A stretch of DNA of 64,000 nt from an uncultured Candidatus Saccharibacteria bacterium (GTDB lineage: Bacteria > Patescibacteriota > Doudnabacteria > UBA920). The position numbers and the translations under genes were made by a program. Positions 38,090 through 47,212 of this stretch are shown in pieces (position 1 is the stretch's first letter; each line of letters opens with the position of its first letter). The notes under the pieces are model-generated. The model was not told the origin of the DNA, searched no databases, and was given only the letters and a program-made list of their open reading frames with translations. The DNA is taken from assembly GCA_964561365.1 (NCBI GenBank), contig CAZLPF010000002.1:10068-74067 (forward strand). The letters are read 5' to 3'.

Positions 38090-38326
38090 ATGGACGTCAA
38101 GAAGATGATCCAAGAGTTAGAAGAAGAGCAGGAGCAGATCGGCGAGGCGTTACTTGCCCTTAAGCGCCTCGATCAGGGTCGCGGCAAGCGGCGGGGCAGG
38201 CCGCCAGCCTGGTTGGCCGAAATGCGGAAAGAGCAAAAGCCGGCCACTGCTGCAAAGGATGGCAAGCCGAAAAAGAAAGAAGGCGGTGCCGCAGCCGGTC
38301 CAGTCGCTATGGCCAAGTCGGCCTGA
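38090..38326 (+). CDS. Small Lys/Arg-rich protein (hypothetical)
   Basis: ATG 13 nt after GCAGGAGG SD; acidic N-terminus, basic C-terminus. Confidence 0.35.
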   Translation: MDVKKMIQELEEEQEQIGEALLALKRLDQGRGKRRGRPPAWLAEMRKEQKPATAAKDGKPKKKEGGAAAGPVAMAKSA

Positions 38327-38482
38327 CCGAAGTCCATCACAAGCTCACCTCGAACGGGGATTGCTTCAGAGGCACACGGCCTCCCAACGGCAGCAGCACA
38401 CTCGGTGTGCAGTTGCTGGCGGGAGGTCGTTTTGTTTTATGGAGAAAACAAAACAGAGCCCGAACGGTAATTCGGAACCCTG

Positions 38483-39265
38483 TTATTGGTTACGCAGGAA
38501 AAGACGGTAATGTTTTCCTCCCTGCAAGATACTAACCTGGTAGTACGGCCGACATGCCAGATTTATCACGAACGGCGGTGCGTGAATGTCGAGTTCGCTG
38601 AGCTCGCGGCCGGTAAGCTCGATGGTCGGGACCATTGCTTTCCCGCCGTCCCATTCGAGGGTCAGGGGGACTTGCTTGCCGTGGTCGAAGTACCAAAGCT
38701 CACCGCCCCGTTCATACAGCTTCAGTAGCTTCGGAGCCCGGTCGCCGAGTTCGGCGTCTTCTTGGGCCATTAGTCCGCCGCGGCGCACCCGGTCGAGCAT
38801 GATGAGCCGACCGTTCGGTATGATCAAGCCGGTCTTCCGGTTTTTTTCGCGGCTCTGCTGGCAGCTCGGGCAGGTGGTGTGAATGGTCACCCACTCGCTC
38901 GGCGAAAATACCTCGCCGCCCTTCCCTAACCGCGCGGGTCCGATGCGCACAAAGCGCACGGAGTCCTCGAGATTGTGCAGGCCGTTGCCGTGCACCGACT
39001 CCTCGGTTGCCTCGCCACGCTTGCGTCGCCCCGAGGTGCTGCACCAGGCGAGACGCCGGGCGCGGAGCTGGTCGTAGACGTAGCGGTTCCGCCCGAGCTC
39101 GTAGCGCTCTGCGCTACCCGCTACGTTGCCGATCCGCACGCGCGCTTCCGGCGGCACGTACTGCAGCTCGGCCGCGTCTGCGTCAGGCAGCAGGTAGAGC
39201 CTGCAGCCTCCGCAGGCCGCGAAGCGCGCAAGGTCTCCGCCGAGCGCGGTTCCGAGGTCTGTCAT
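38483..39265 (-). CDS. Hypothetical protein with four-Cys motif (CGGC ... CPSC)
   Basis: Start placed at MTDLG (ORF track GTG at 39358); possible zinc-binding. Confidence 0.45.
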   Translation of the reverse strand: MTDLGTALGGDLARFAACGGCRLYLLPDADAAELQYVPPEARVRIGNVAGSAERYELGRNRYVYDQLRARRLAWCSTSGRRKRGEATEESVHGNGLHNLEDSVRFVRIGPARLGKGGEVFSPSEWVTIHTTCPSCQQSREKNRKTGLIIPNGRLIMLDRVRRGGLMAQEDAELGDRAPKLLKLYERGGELWYFDHGKQVPLTLEWDGGKAMVPTIELTGRELSELDIHAPPFVINLACRPYYQVSILQGGKHYRLFLRNQ

Positions 39266-39437
39266 TTTCCCCCAAGAAAATTCGGCCCAAACCCGCCACA
39301 CGTCGTCTGAAGAAAGCGCCCGTTGCTGGACGCACATTGCTGACACCGCCATAGGCACCTCCTTTGTAGTTTGGGCGCATGGTAGCAGCCCCGCCCCGCC
39401 CCGGCAAGGCCCCGGGGCTATGCGGAAAGCCCATTTT

Positions 39438-39446
39438 TGCTATACT
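39438..39446 (+). promoter_or_regulatory. Extended -10-like TGCTATACT upstream of glyQS
   Basis: Motif family. Confidence 0.35.
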
Positions 39447-39471
39447 TTCGCCATAGACAAGACGGATTTGT

Positions 39472-40890
39472 TTGATTAACGCGCCCAGCGCCATGCCGAA
39501 ACAAGAACTGGATTTGATGGATAAGATAGTCAGCCTCTGCAAACGGCGCGGCTTCATTTTCCCCGGCAGCGAAATTTACGGCGGCCTGGCCAACAGCTGG
39601 GACTACGGCCCCCTGGGGGTTGAGCTCAAGAACAACATCAAGCAGCTGTGGTGGCACCGGTTCGTCCGCGGCCGCGAAGACGTGGTCGGCGTGGATTCGG
39701 CCTACATCATGAACCCGAAAGTCTGGCAGGCTTCGGGCCACGTGGCGACCTTCAACGACCCGCTCGTCGAGGACAAAAAAACCCACGAGCGGTTTCGCCT
39801 CGACCACCTCCTCGAAGAGCGCGGCGTGAACGTTTCGGGCATGACGTTCGAGCAGATGGTCGCCAAGGTTCGAGAGCTGCAGCTGAAGTCGCCGGGCGGC
39901 AACGAGCTGACCGAACCCAAGAAGTTCAACATGATGTTCCGCACCCACCTCGGGCCCGTGGAGGATGAGGACAACACCGTGTACCTCCGGCCCGAAACGG
40001 CGCAGGGACAGTTCGTGGACTTCAAGCTCGCGCAGGAATCCATGCGGCAGCGGGTGCCGTTCGGCATCGCCCAGATCGGCCCGGCCTTTCGGAACGAAAT
40101 CACCCCCGGCAACTTCATCTTCCGCACCCGCGAGTTCGAGCAAATGGAAATAGAGTACTTCGTGAAACCCGACGACTGGGAGCGGTGGTTCGAGTACTGG
40201 CTCGAGCAGCAGAAAGCCTGGTGCAAAGACTTGCACCTGCCGGAAGACAAGACGAAGTTCGTGGAAATTCCCGAAGCCGACCGCGCCCACTACAGCAAGC
40301 GGAGCGTAGATACCGAATTCGTATTCCCGTTCGGCCAGAAAGAGCTCTACGGGCTCGCGTACCGCACCGACTTCGATCTCCAGAACCATATCAAAGCCTC
40401 CGGCCAAGACCTCTCCTACCGCGATCCGGTTTCGAACGAGGTCTTCGTACCGCACGTCATAGAGCCGACCTGGGGCGTAAACCGCACGCTACTGGCCGTA
40501 CTCTGCGCTTCGTACGAAGAGGTTGAGGCAAGGAGCGGCGACGAAGAGGCTGTGCACGAGAAAGAAATCGTCCTCCGGCTGCCGAAGCAGCTCGCGCCCA
40601 TTAAGGTGGCTATTTTACCGCTGTCTAAGAAAGAGCCGCTCCAGGGCAAGGCCCGAGAAATTGCCGCGGGTCTCAGGCAGCACTTCACCGTGCAGTACGA
40701 CGAGACCGGCAGCGTCGGCAAGCGGTACCGCCGCCAAGACGAGATTGGCACCCCGTACTGCGTCACCGTAGACTTCGACACCGAAACCGACGGCAAGGTC
40801 ACGGTCCGCGACCGCGACACCATGTCGCAAGAGCGCATTGCGGTCGCCGAGCTGTTGCCCTGGCTGCAGTCAAAGAACCTCAACCCGTAA
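39472..40890 (+). CDS. glyQS: Glycyl-tRNA synthetase, dimeric alpha2 (eukaryote/archaeal-like) type
   Basis: Class II motifs, anticodon-binding C-terminal domain, 472 aa single-chain GlyRS. Confidence 0.9.
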   Translation: MINAPSAMPKQELDLMDKIVSLCKRRGFIFPGSEIYGGLANSWDYGPLGVELKNNIKQLWWHRFVRGREDVVGVDSAYIMNPKVWQASGHVATFNDPLVEDKKTHERFRLDHLLEERGVNVSGMTFEQMVAKVRELQLKSPGGNELTEPKKFNMMFRTHLGPVEDEDNTVYLRPETAQGQFVDFKLAQESMRQRVPFGIAQIGPAFRNEITPGNFIFRTREFEQMEIEYFVKPDDWERWFEYWLEQQKAWCKDLHLPEDKTKFVEIPEADRAHYSKRSVDTEFVFPFGQKELYGLAYRTDFDLQNHIKASGQDLSYRDPVSNEVFVPHVIEPTWGVNRTLLAVLCASYEEVEARSGDEEAVHEKEIVLRLPKQLAPIKVAILPLSKKEPLQGKAREIAAGLRQHFTVQYDETGSVGKRYRRQDEIGTPYCVTVDFDTETDGKVTVRDRDTMSQERIAVAELLPWLQSKNLNP

Positions 40891-40902
40891 CTACCGAACG
40901 AC

Positions 40903-42174
40903 TTGAAATTCATCAAAACCGTCCTCAAGAACGGCCTCACGGTCGTTGAGGTCCCGAGCCACGACGCCGAGAGCGTCGTGGTTGATATTTTCGTCAAAAC
41001 CGGCTCGCGCTCCGAGCGCCCCGAAGAGTCGGGCATCTCCCACTTCCTCGAGCACTTCCTGTTCAAGGGTACCGAGCAGTACCCTTCGGCCATGGCCATT
41101 TCCGAACTCGTCGACAGCATCGGCGGTGAAATGAACGCGTCCACGGGCAAGGAGTACACGCAGTACTTCATAAAGGTCGCACACGCGCACCTGCCGACCA
41201 TCTTCGGCGTGCTCACCGACATGGTCCGCCGGCCGCTGCTCGACCCCGTTGAGCTGGAAAAAGAGAAGGGCGTCATCGTCGAAGAGATCAACATGTACAA
41301 GGACACGCCCATGTACGAGATTGAGAACGTTTTGGAACGCACCATGTGGCCACAGGACGCCCTCGGCCGGGACATTGCCGGCACGAAAGGCACGGTGACG
41401 AAGTTCACCCAGGCTATGTTCCGCCGCTACATGAAGAAGCACTACCAGACCGGCAACACCATTGTCGGCGTCTCGGGCAAGTACGACCGCAAGCAGCTCT
41501 GGTCGCTCGTAAAGAAGCACTGGGAAAAGGCGCCGCGTCAGCCCCACGGCCGCTGGGCCAAGGCCAAAGACAGGCAGACCCGTCCCCGCATCGCCCTCGA
41601 GTTCAAGCAGACCGAGCAGGCGCACCTGGCCTTCGGCTTCAAGGCGCTGCCGTACGGGCACCCGCAGACCGCCGCCCTCTCGGTTCTGGCCGCCGTGCTC
41701 GGCGGCGGCATGTCGAGCCGGCTGTTTTCCGAGGTCCGCGAGAAGCGCGGGCTGTGCTACTACGTCCGCGCCGGCGCCGGGAGCTACCAGGATACCGGCA
41801 GCTTCGGGGTGAACAGCGGCGTGCACGTCGACAAGCTCCAAGAAGCCGTCGCGGTCATCGTCGATGAGCTTAAAAAAGTGAAGCAGCACCCGGTGCCGCA
41901 GCACGAGCTTCGCAAGGCGAAGGACTACATCAAGGGCAAGACGACGCTCGCCTTAGAAGACAACCAGGTCAGGCTCGACTGGTTCTTAGAGCGCGCGGCT
42001 TTCTTTAAAAATATGATTACCCCGGTCGAGGCTTTCGCGAAAATAGAGAAGGTCACGGCCGCCGACGTCCAGGCGGTGGCGCGGCACGTCCTTACGGGCC
42101 GGAACTGCTCGTTCGCGGTCATCGGGCCATACAAGTCGAAAGCTCCGCTCCAGAAGCTCATTAAGATTGATTAA
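40903..42174 (+). CDS. M16 family zinc peptidase (insulinase-like)
   Basis: Inverted zinc motif HFLEHFLF (HxxEH) plus downstream E; TTG start. Confidence 0.85.
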   Translation: MKFIKTVLKNGLTVVEVPSHDAESVVVDIFVKTGSRSERPEESGISHFLEHFLFKGTEQYPSAMAISELVDSIGGEMNASTGKEYTQYFIKVAHAHLPTIFGVLTDMVRRPLLDPVELEKEKGVIVEEINMYKDTPMYEIENVLERTMWPQDALGRDIAGTKGTVTKFTQAMFRRYMKKHYQTGNTIVGVSGKYDRKQLWSLVKKHWEKAPRQPHGRWAKAKDRQTRPRIALEFKQTEQAHLAFGFKALPYGHPQTAALSVLAAVLGGGMSSRLFSEVREKRGLCYYVRAGAGSYQDTGSFGVNSGVHVDKLQEAVAVIVDELKKVKQHPVPQHELRKAKDYIKGKTTLALEDNQVRLDWFLERAAFFKNMITPVEAFAKIEKVTAADVQAVARHVLTGRNCSFAVIGPYKSKAPLQKLIKID

Positions 42175-42227
42175 TATCCATTAACGTTAATCAATACTCA
42201 TCAACATTAATTAACGTTGATTAATCT
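42161..42227 (+). promoter_or_regulatory. AT-rich palindromic motif A (TTAATCAATACTCATCAACATTAATTAACGTTGATTAA and ATTAACGTTAAT palindromes)
   Basis: About 25% GC island in 65% GC genome; near-identical core at 52571-52619. Confidence 0.4.
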
Positions 42228-42380
42228 ATGGTGAAGCGGATTGCCATGACGAAAGCCCGGGTGCACCTCGGCAAGCTCGTGCGCGAGGTCTTTACCTCCG
42301 GCGCGAGTTTCGTGCTCACGAAGGCCGGCCTCCCCGTGGCGGCCATTGTGCCGGCCCCGAAAAAGAAAGTACGGCGCTAG
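42228..42380 (+). CDS. Mini Phd/YefM-like antitoxin-domain protein (50 aa), orphan
   Basis: MTKARVHLGKLVREV...GASFVLTKAGLPVAAIVPA matches the N-terminal beta-alpha pattern of Phd/YefM antitoxins; below ORF-track length cutoff; no adjacent toxin gene. Confidence 0.45.
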   Translation: MVKRIAMTKARVHLGKLVREVFTSGASFVLTKAGLPVAAIVPAPKKKVRR

Positions 42381-42425
42381 CGCCCCCTCCGGCGTTCCGG
42401 TCGTCCCGTTAACGTTCGATGAACC

Positions 42426-43292
42426 GTGCCGAAAGCTTCTGAAAATATTCAAAACCCGATTGGCTGTCACGTTTCCATAGCCGGCGGCGTGCAGAACGCG
42501 CCCGGCAACGCGGCGGCACTCGGCTGCGAAGCCTTCCAGATTTTTTCGCGCAGCCCGCAGGGCGGTCCGGCGCCGAAGCTGACCGGAGAGGTGCTCGCCG
42601 CGTTCCGCGCGGCCATGGACGAGCACGGGTACCGGCAGTTCGTCATTCATGCTCCGTACTACATAAACTTCGGCTCGGGGAAACCCGCAACCTACCAGGC
42701 GAGCATCCGGGTCATCCGCGAGGAGCTCGAGCGCGGCACCAGCTTGGGCGCCGCGTACCTCATGTTCCACCCCGGCAGCGGCAAGGACCTGGGCAGCGAG
42801 GCGGCCCTGAAGCAAGCCCGGGGCGGCATAAAAAAAGTCCTCGACGGCTACGCCGGGAGCTGCAAGCTCTTAATAGAGAATGCGGCCGGGGCCGGCGAGA
42901 TCCTCGGCGACACGTTCGAGGAGGTCGCGCTTTTAGCCGAGCCGATTTTAGAGCACCCGGGCTTCGGGGGCGTGTGCCTCGACACCCAGCACAGCTTCGC
43001 GAGCGGCTACGACCTGCGTTCAGCGGCAGCGGTAGCTGAAACCATGAAAAAGTTCGACGCCGCCGTAGGCCTCCGGTACCTAGCCTGCGTCCACGCGAAC
43101 GACTCGAAACCGGGCTTGGGTGAGCGCAAGGATCGGCACGATCACGTCGGTTCCGGGCAGATCGGCGAAGGGGGGTTCTCTGCGATTTTAAAATTTTTAC
43201 AGAAAAAAAAGATGGACGTCCCGGTTATCCTCGAAACAGAGCACGATCTGGTTAAGAAGGACATTGCCGCGCTCAAGCGCCTCCGCGGCTGA
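42426..43292 (+). CDS. nfo: Endonuclease IV (AP endonuclease family 2)
   Basis: TIM-barrel AP endonuclease with metal-binding His/Asp/Glu pattern (HAPYYINFGS, HVGSGQIGEGGF). Confidence 0.9.
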   Translation: MPKASENIQNPIGCHVSIAGGVQNAPGNAAALGCEAFQIFSRSPQGGPAPKLTGEVLAAFRAAMDEHGYRQFVIHAPYYINFGSGKPATYQASIRVIREELERGTSLGAAYLMFHPGSGKDLGSEAALKQARGGIKKVLDGYAGSCKLLIENAAGAGEILGDTFEEVALLAEPILEHPGFGGVCLDTQHSFASGYDLRSAAAVAETMKKFDAAVGLRYLACVHANDSKPGLGERKDRHDHVGSGQIGEGGFSAILKFLQKKKMDVPVILETEHDLVKKDIAALKRLRG

Positions 43293-43318
43293 AGGTTTCC
43301 GCAGCTTTTATTCACGGT

Positions 43319-44188
43319 ATGAAAATTGCAATCATCGGGGCCGGGGCGGTGGGCACCGCGCTGTCGCGCTGCTTCCGGGTTCCGGTCGGCCTCTGGGATA
43401 AGCGCCCGGAAGCCTCGGCCGGCAGCTCGCCCGAGGCCGTGCTCGGCGGCGCCGGCGCGGTGGTGCTCTGCGTGCCGTCGCCCTCGCTCCGCGAAGCCGC
43501 CGAGACCGTCGCCCGCCACGCGCCGCCCGAGGCCACCGTCTACTCGGTAACGAAGGGCGTCGAGCGCGTGAGCGGGAAGTTCGCCCACGTGGTCCTCGCG
43601 GACGTTTTCGGGGCGGGGCGGTCCGCGCTCCTGTCGGGCCCCATGCTCGCCGGAGAGGTGGAGGCCGGGAGCGTCGGCGCCGGCGTCGTAGCCGGATCGG
43701 GGGCCGCGTACGACCTGCTCCTTAGGGGGGCGGACAGCGGCAAGCTCGCGCTCGAGTGGAGCAGCGACGCGGCCGGCGTCGCGGCCTGCGGGGTGCTGAA
43801 GAACATTTACGCGCTCCTCGTGGGTGCGAGCTTCGGCGCCGGGTACGGCCAGAACGTCGCGGGGTGGCTCATTGGCCGCGCGGTGCGGGAGATGGCCGGG
43901 CTGCTGCCGCACTTCGGCGGCCGCGCCGAAACCGCGCTCGGCACCGCCGGGCTCGCCGACCTCGTCGCCACCTGCGCGAGCGAAGATTCCCTGAACCGGC
44001 GCGCGGGCGGGGCGCTCGCGCGCGGGCAGGAGCCGCCGGTTTCCGAGGCGACCGTTTCGCTCGAGCCGCTCCTCGGGCGGCTCGCCGCCGCGCCGCCGCC
44101 GCTCCTGGCCGCGGTTAAGGCCATCGCGCTGGACCGCGCCGGCGCCCGCGCGGCGGTTGCCGGCCTGCTCGCGTCCGGGCGCCGGTAA
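43319..44188 (+). CDS. gpsA: NAD(P)H-dependent glycerol-3-phosphate dehydrogenase-like
   Basis: Rossmann MKIAIIGAGAVGTAL; GVLKNIYALLVGAS...GYGQN core. Confidence 0.7.
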   Translation: MKIAIIGAGAVGTALSRCFRVPVGLWDKRPEASAGSSPEAVLGGAGAVVLCVPSPSLREAAETVARHAPPEATVYSVTKGVERVSGKFAHVVLADVFGAGRSALLSGPMLAGEVEAGSVGAGVVAGSGAAYDLLLRGADSGKLALEWSSDAAGVAACGVLKNIYALLVGASFGAGYGQNVAGWLIGRAVREMAGLLPHFGGRAETALGTAGLADLVATCASEDSLNRRAGGALARGQEPPVSEATVSLEPLLGRLAAAPPPLLAAVKAIALDRAGARAAVAGLLASGRR

Positions 44189-44400
44189 ACCTTGACGGCG
44201 GCGCGCGTGGGGCAGTAGAGTAGAAAAGCCATTTTAGTCCTTGAAACAAACGTAACGCGAACCGTCTATGGAAACGTCCGAGACTGAACCGAAGCCCGGG
44301 TACGCGGCAGCCCACGAAGCCATGCCCGAGCGCTTCAGTGACCCCGAGGCCGCCCAGCGCACGTTCACCGAGCTCCACGAGACGCTCGACGCCTAACCCC

Positions 44401-44628
44401 ATGACCGAAGAAGACAAAGTCCAAAAAATCGTAGCCCTCGTCGAGCAGTCGGAGCTCGACCCGACCATCAAGCAGATTCTCATCCGCGACCTGCGCTCCG
44501 AAGGCTTGACCGACTTCCTCAGGGAGCAGATCCGGGCCTACTGCCTCGAGGGGCTCAAGCGGGCGAGCGCCCAGATCGACGAGGCCCGGCGGCTCATTGA
44601 GATGCAGCAGCAGAATCCAGCGGCCTAG
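44401..44628 (+). CDS. Small hypothetical protein
   Basis: 75 aa from MTEEDKVQKIV; the ORF-track start at 44338 adds a low-complexity extension. Confidence 0.35.
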   Translation: MTEEDKVQKIVALVEQSELDPTIKQILIRDLRSEGLTDFLREQIRAYCLEGLKRASAQIDEARRLIEMQQQNPAA

Positions 44629-44664
44629 CTGGATTTTCTGTTCCGGGACGGCTACCATAGCACC

Positions 44665-45678
44665 ATGAAGCTTTCCGAGCTCGACCAGTCGACCCAGGTC
44701 ATACTGAAGGTCACTTTCGTGGTGCTCGTTTTGGGTTTCCTGTGGGTCATCCGCGACATTGTCCTCATTTTGCTCGTCGCGCTCATCCTCTCGTCGGCCA
44801 TGGAGCCGCTCGTGGACTACCTTGCCCGGCACCGCATTCCGCGGAGCGTGAGCGTGCTCGCCGTCTACCTGCTCGTCGTCGGCTTCGCCGTGCTCGTCGT
44901 TTCGCTCATCGTCCCGCCCATTGTCGAGCAGCTGAAGATTCTCCGCGATAACTGGGCCAACTACTCAACGGCGTTCGACGCCAAGGTCGGCGGCACCTTC
45001 GCCCAGCAGCTCGACCTGAAAAATTTGCTCGGCGGCGCGATTACGACCGACACCGGCGGGGGCGACACCGTGCTCTCGCGCACCTTCGGCGTGTTCTCGG
45101 GGCTGTTCTCGCTCATCACCATCATGGTCATTTCGTTCTACCTCGTGGCCGAGCAGCGCGGCATGAAGCAGTTCATTGCCACCGTGGTACCCCAGCCGCA
45201 CCAGGAATTCGCCGAGTCGCTCATTCAGAAAATTCAGAAGAAGATGGGCCTCTGGCTCCTCGGCCAGGTCATCTTGAGCTGCAGCATTTTCCTGCTGACC
45301 TACCTCGGCCTCGCCATCCTCGGCGTGCCGAACGCGCTCCTGCTCGCCGCGCTCGCCGGGCTCCTCGAGCTCGTGCCGTACGTCGGGCCGTTCATCTCAG
45401 CCATCCCGGCCGTGTTCTTCGCGTTCCTCTCGGGTCCGGCCCTCGCCGTTGCCACCGCGGTCATGTACCTCGCCGTCCAAAAAATTGAGGGCTACGTGCT
45501 CGTGCCGAAAATCATGGAGAAGACCGTGGGCACCTCGCCGCTCGTGGTCATTGTCGCGCTGCTCGTCGGCTTCAAGCTCGCCGGCATTTTCGGCCTGCTC
45601 ATCGCCGTGCCGCTGTCGGGCGCCGTGACCGTGTTCATTCAGGAGTTCGCCGCGGCCAAGGAGCAGGCGGCCCGGTAG
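44665..45678 (+). CDS. AI-2E family transporter (second paralog)
   Basis: 337 aa polytopic membrane protein with the same topology as the AI-2E transporter call at 9018; family assigned by eye. Confidence 0.7.
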   Translation: MKLSELDQSTQVILKVTFVVLVLGFLWVIRDIVLILLVALILSSAMEPLVDYLARHRIPRSVSVLAVYLLVVGFAVLVVSLIVPPIVEQLKILRDNWANYSTAFDAKVGGTFAQQLDLKNLLGGAITTDTGGGDTVLSRTFGVFSGLFSLITIMVISFYLVAEQRGMKQFIATVVPQPHQEFAESLIQKIQKKMGLWLLGQVILSCSIFLLTYLGLAILGVPNALLLAALAGLLELVPYVGPFISAIPAVFFAFLSGPALAVATAVMYLAVQKIEGYVLVPKIMEKTVGTSPLVVIVALLVGFKLAGIFGLLIAVPLSGAVTVFIQEFAAAKEQAAR

Positions 45679-45718
45679 GCGCGGTTCTTGTTGGCGCCCG
45701 GCGGCCGCGGTATACTGG

Positions 45719-45746
45719 AACGGCTCATAGCGAAGCCGTTTTTTCA
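45719..45746 (+). terminator. Hairpin + T6 (AACGGCT-CATAGCGA-AGCCGTT TTTTT) between AI-2E gene and metG
   Basis: Immediately downstream of a CGGTATACT -10 at 45708-45716 and 6 nt before metG GTG. Confidence 0.5.
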
Positions 45747-45751
45747 TTTCC

Positions 45752-47200
45752 GTGGCCGAACGAAACACCTTCTACATAACCACGACCCTGCCGTACGTGA
45801 ACAGCAAGCCCCACATGGGGCACGCGCTCGAGTTCGTGCAGGCTGACGTCCTCGCCCGCTACCACCGCCTGCTCGGCGAGCGGGTGGAGTTCAACGTCGG
45901 CACCGACGAGCACGGGCTCAAAATTTACGAGAAGGCCGTCGAGGCGGGGGAAGACCCGAAGGCCTACGCGGACCGCATGGCCGAACAGTTCAAGGCGCTG
46001 AAAGCCACCCTGAACCTCTCGTGGACGCGGTTCATCCGCACGACCGACCCGGCCCACGGGCGCGCCGCCCAGGAGTTCTGGAAACGGTGCCAGGCCAGCG
46101 GCGACATTTACCAGCAGCAGTACCAGGTCAGGTACTGCGTGGGCTGCGAGCTTGAGAAGACCGACTCCGAGCTCGAGAACGGCCGCTGCCTGCTGCACCC
46201 GAACCTCGAGATCCAAAGCATTTCGGAGCTGAATTACTTTTTCCGCTTCTCGAAGTACCAAGAACAGCTGCTCGCGCTCTACGGGCAGCCGGACTTCGTG
46301 GTGCCCGAGGGACGCCGGACCGAAATAGCCGAGTTCGTCCGCGCGGGCCTGAAGGACTTCAGCATTTCGCGGCTGAAAGACAAGCTGCCGTGGGGCGTGG
46401 CGGTGCCCGGCGACGACGCGCAGGTCATGTACGTCTGGTTCGACGCCCTCGTGAACTACATTTCCACCCTCGGGTGGCCCGCCGAAGGCGGCGACTTCAA
46501 AACATTTTGGCCCGGCGTGCAGATTGCGGGCAAAGATAACCTCCGCCAGCAGTCAGCCATGTGGCAGGCCATGCTCATGTCTGCCGGCGTCGCGCCCTCG
46601 AAGCAGATTGTCATTCACGGCTTCGTGACGAGCGGCGGCGAGAAGATGTCGAAGACCGTCGGCAACGTGGTGGACCCGCTCGAGATTGTGCAGCGGTTCG
46701 GCACCGACGCCTTCCGCTTCTGGGTCTGCCACGAGGCGAACACGTTCGAGGATAGCGACTTTACCTGGGAGCGCTTCTCGGACGGCTACGAGTCGAGGCT
46801 CGTCAACGGCGTCGGCAACCTGTTCAGCCGCGTGGTGAAAATGGCCACGAGCTACGGCGTGCCGCCGCCGAGCGGCGACGTGCCGAGCGTTTTCGGGGTG
46901 AACGACGCCTTCAACGCCGCGCTTTCCGCCCACCGCATTTCCGAGGCGGCGCGCCTCGTCTTTGAGCAGGCCGCCGAGCTCGACCGCGAAATCCAGTCGA
47001 AGCAGCCGTTCAAGGTGTTCAAGGAACATCCCGAGCAGGCCCGCGGTGACGTGGCCTCGCTGCTCCTGCGCCTCCGCGAGCTCGCGCTCCGCCTCCAGCC
47101 GTTCCTGCCCGAGACGGCCGAGCGCATGCTCGCGGTGCTCGGGAGCCCATCGTGGCCCGAGCAGCTGCCGCACCTCTTCGAGCGCATCGAAGCGGCCTAA
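45752..47200 (+). CDS. metG: Methionyl-tRNA synthetase (short form)
   Basis: HIGH-type motif PHMGHA, KMSKT; zinc knuckle CxxC...C; GTG start. Confidence 0.9.
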   Translation: MAERNTFYITTTLPYVNSKPHMGHALEFVQADVLARYHRLLGERVEFNVGTDEHGLKIYEKAVEAGEDPKAYADRMAEQFKALKATLNLSWTRFIRTTDPAHGRAAQEFWKRCQASGDIYQQQYQVRYCVGCELEKTDSELENGRCLLHPNLEIQSISELNYFFRFSKYQEQLLALYGQPDFVVPEGRRTEIAEFVRAGLKDFSISRLKDKLPWGVAVPGDDAQVMYVWFDALVNYISTLGWPAEGGDFKTFWPGVQIAGKDNLRQQSAMWQAMLMSAGVAPSKQIVIHGFVTSGGEKMSKTVGNVVDPLEIVQRFGTDAFRFWVCHEANTFEDSDFTWERFSDGYESRLVNGVGNLFSRVVKMATSYGVPPPSGDVPSVFGVNDAFNAALSAHRISEAARLVFEQAAELDREIQSKQPFKVFKEHPEQARGDVASLLLRLRELALRLQPFLPETAERMLAVLGSPSWPEQLPHLFERIEAA

Positions 47201-47212
47201 GGAGCGCGTTCC

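Noticed and set aside
39418-40455. 345-aa minus-strand ORF antisense to glyQS
   Set aside because: Antisense artefact opposite a motif-complete class II GlyRS.
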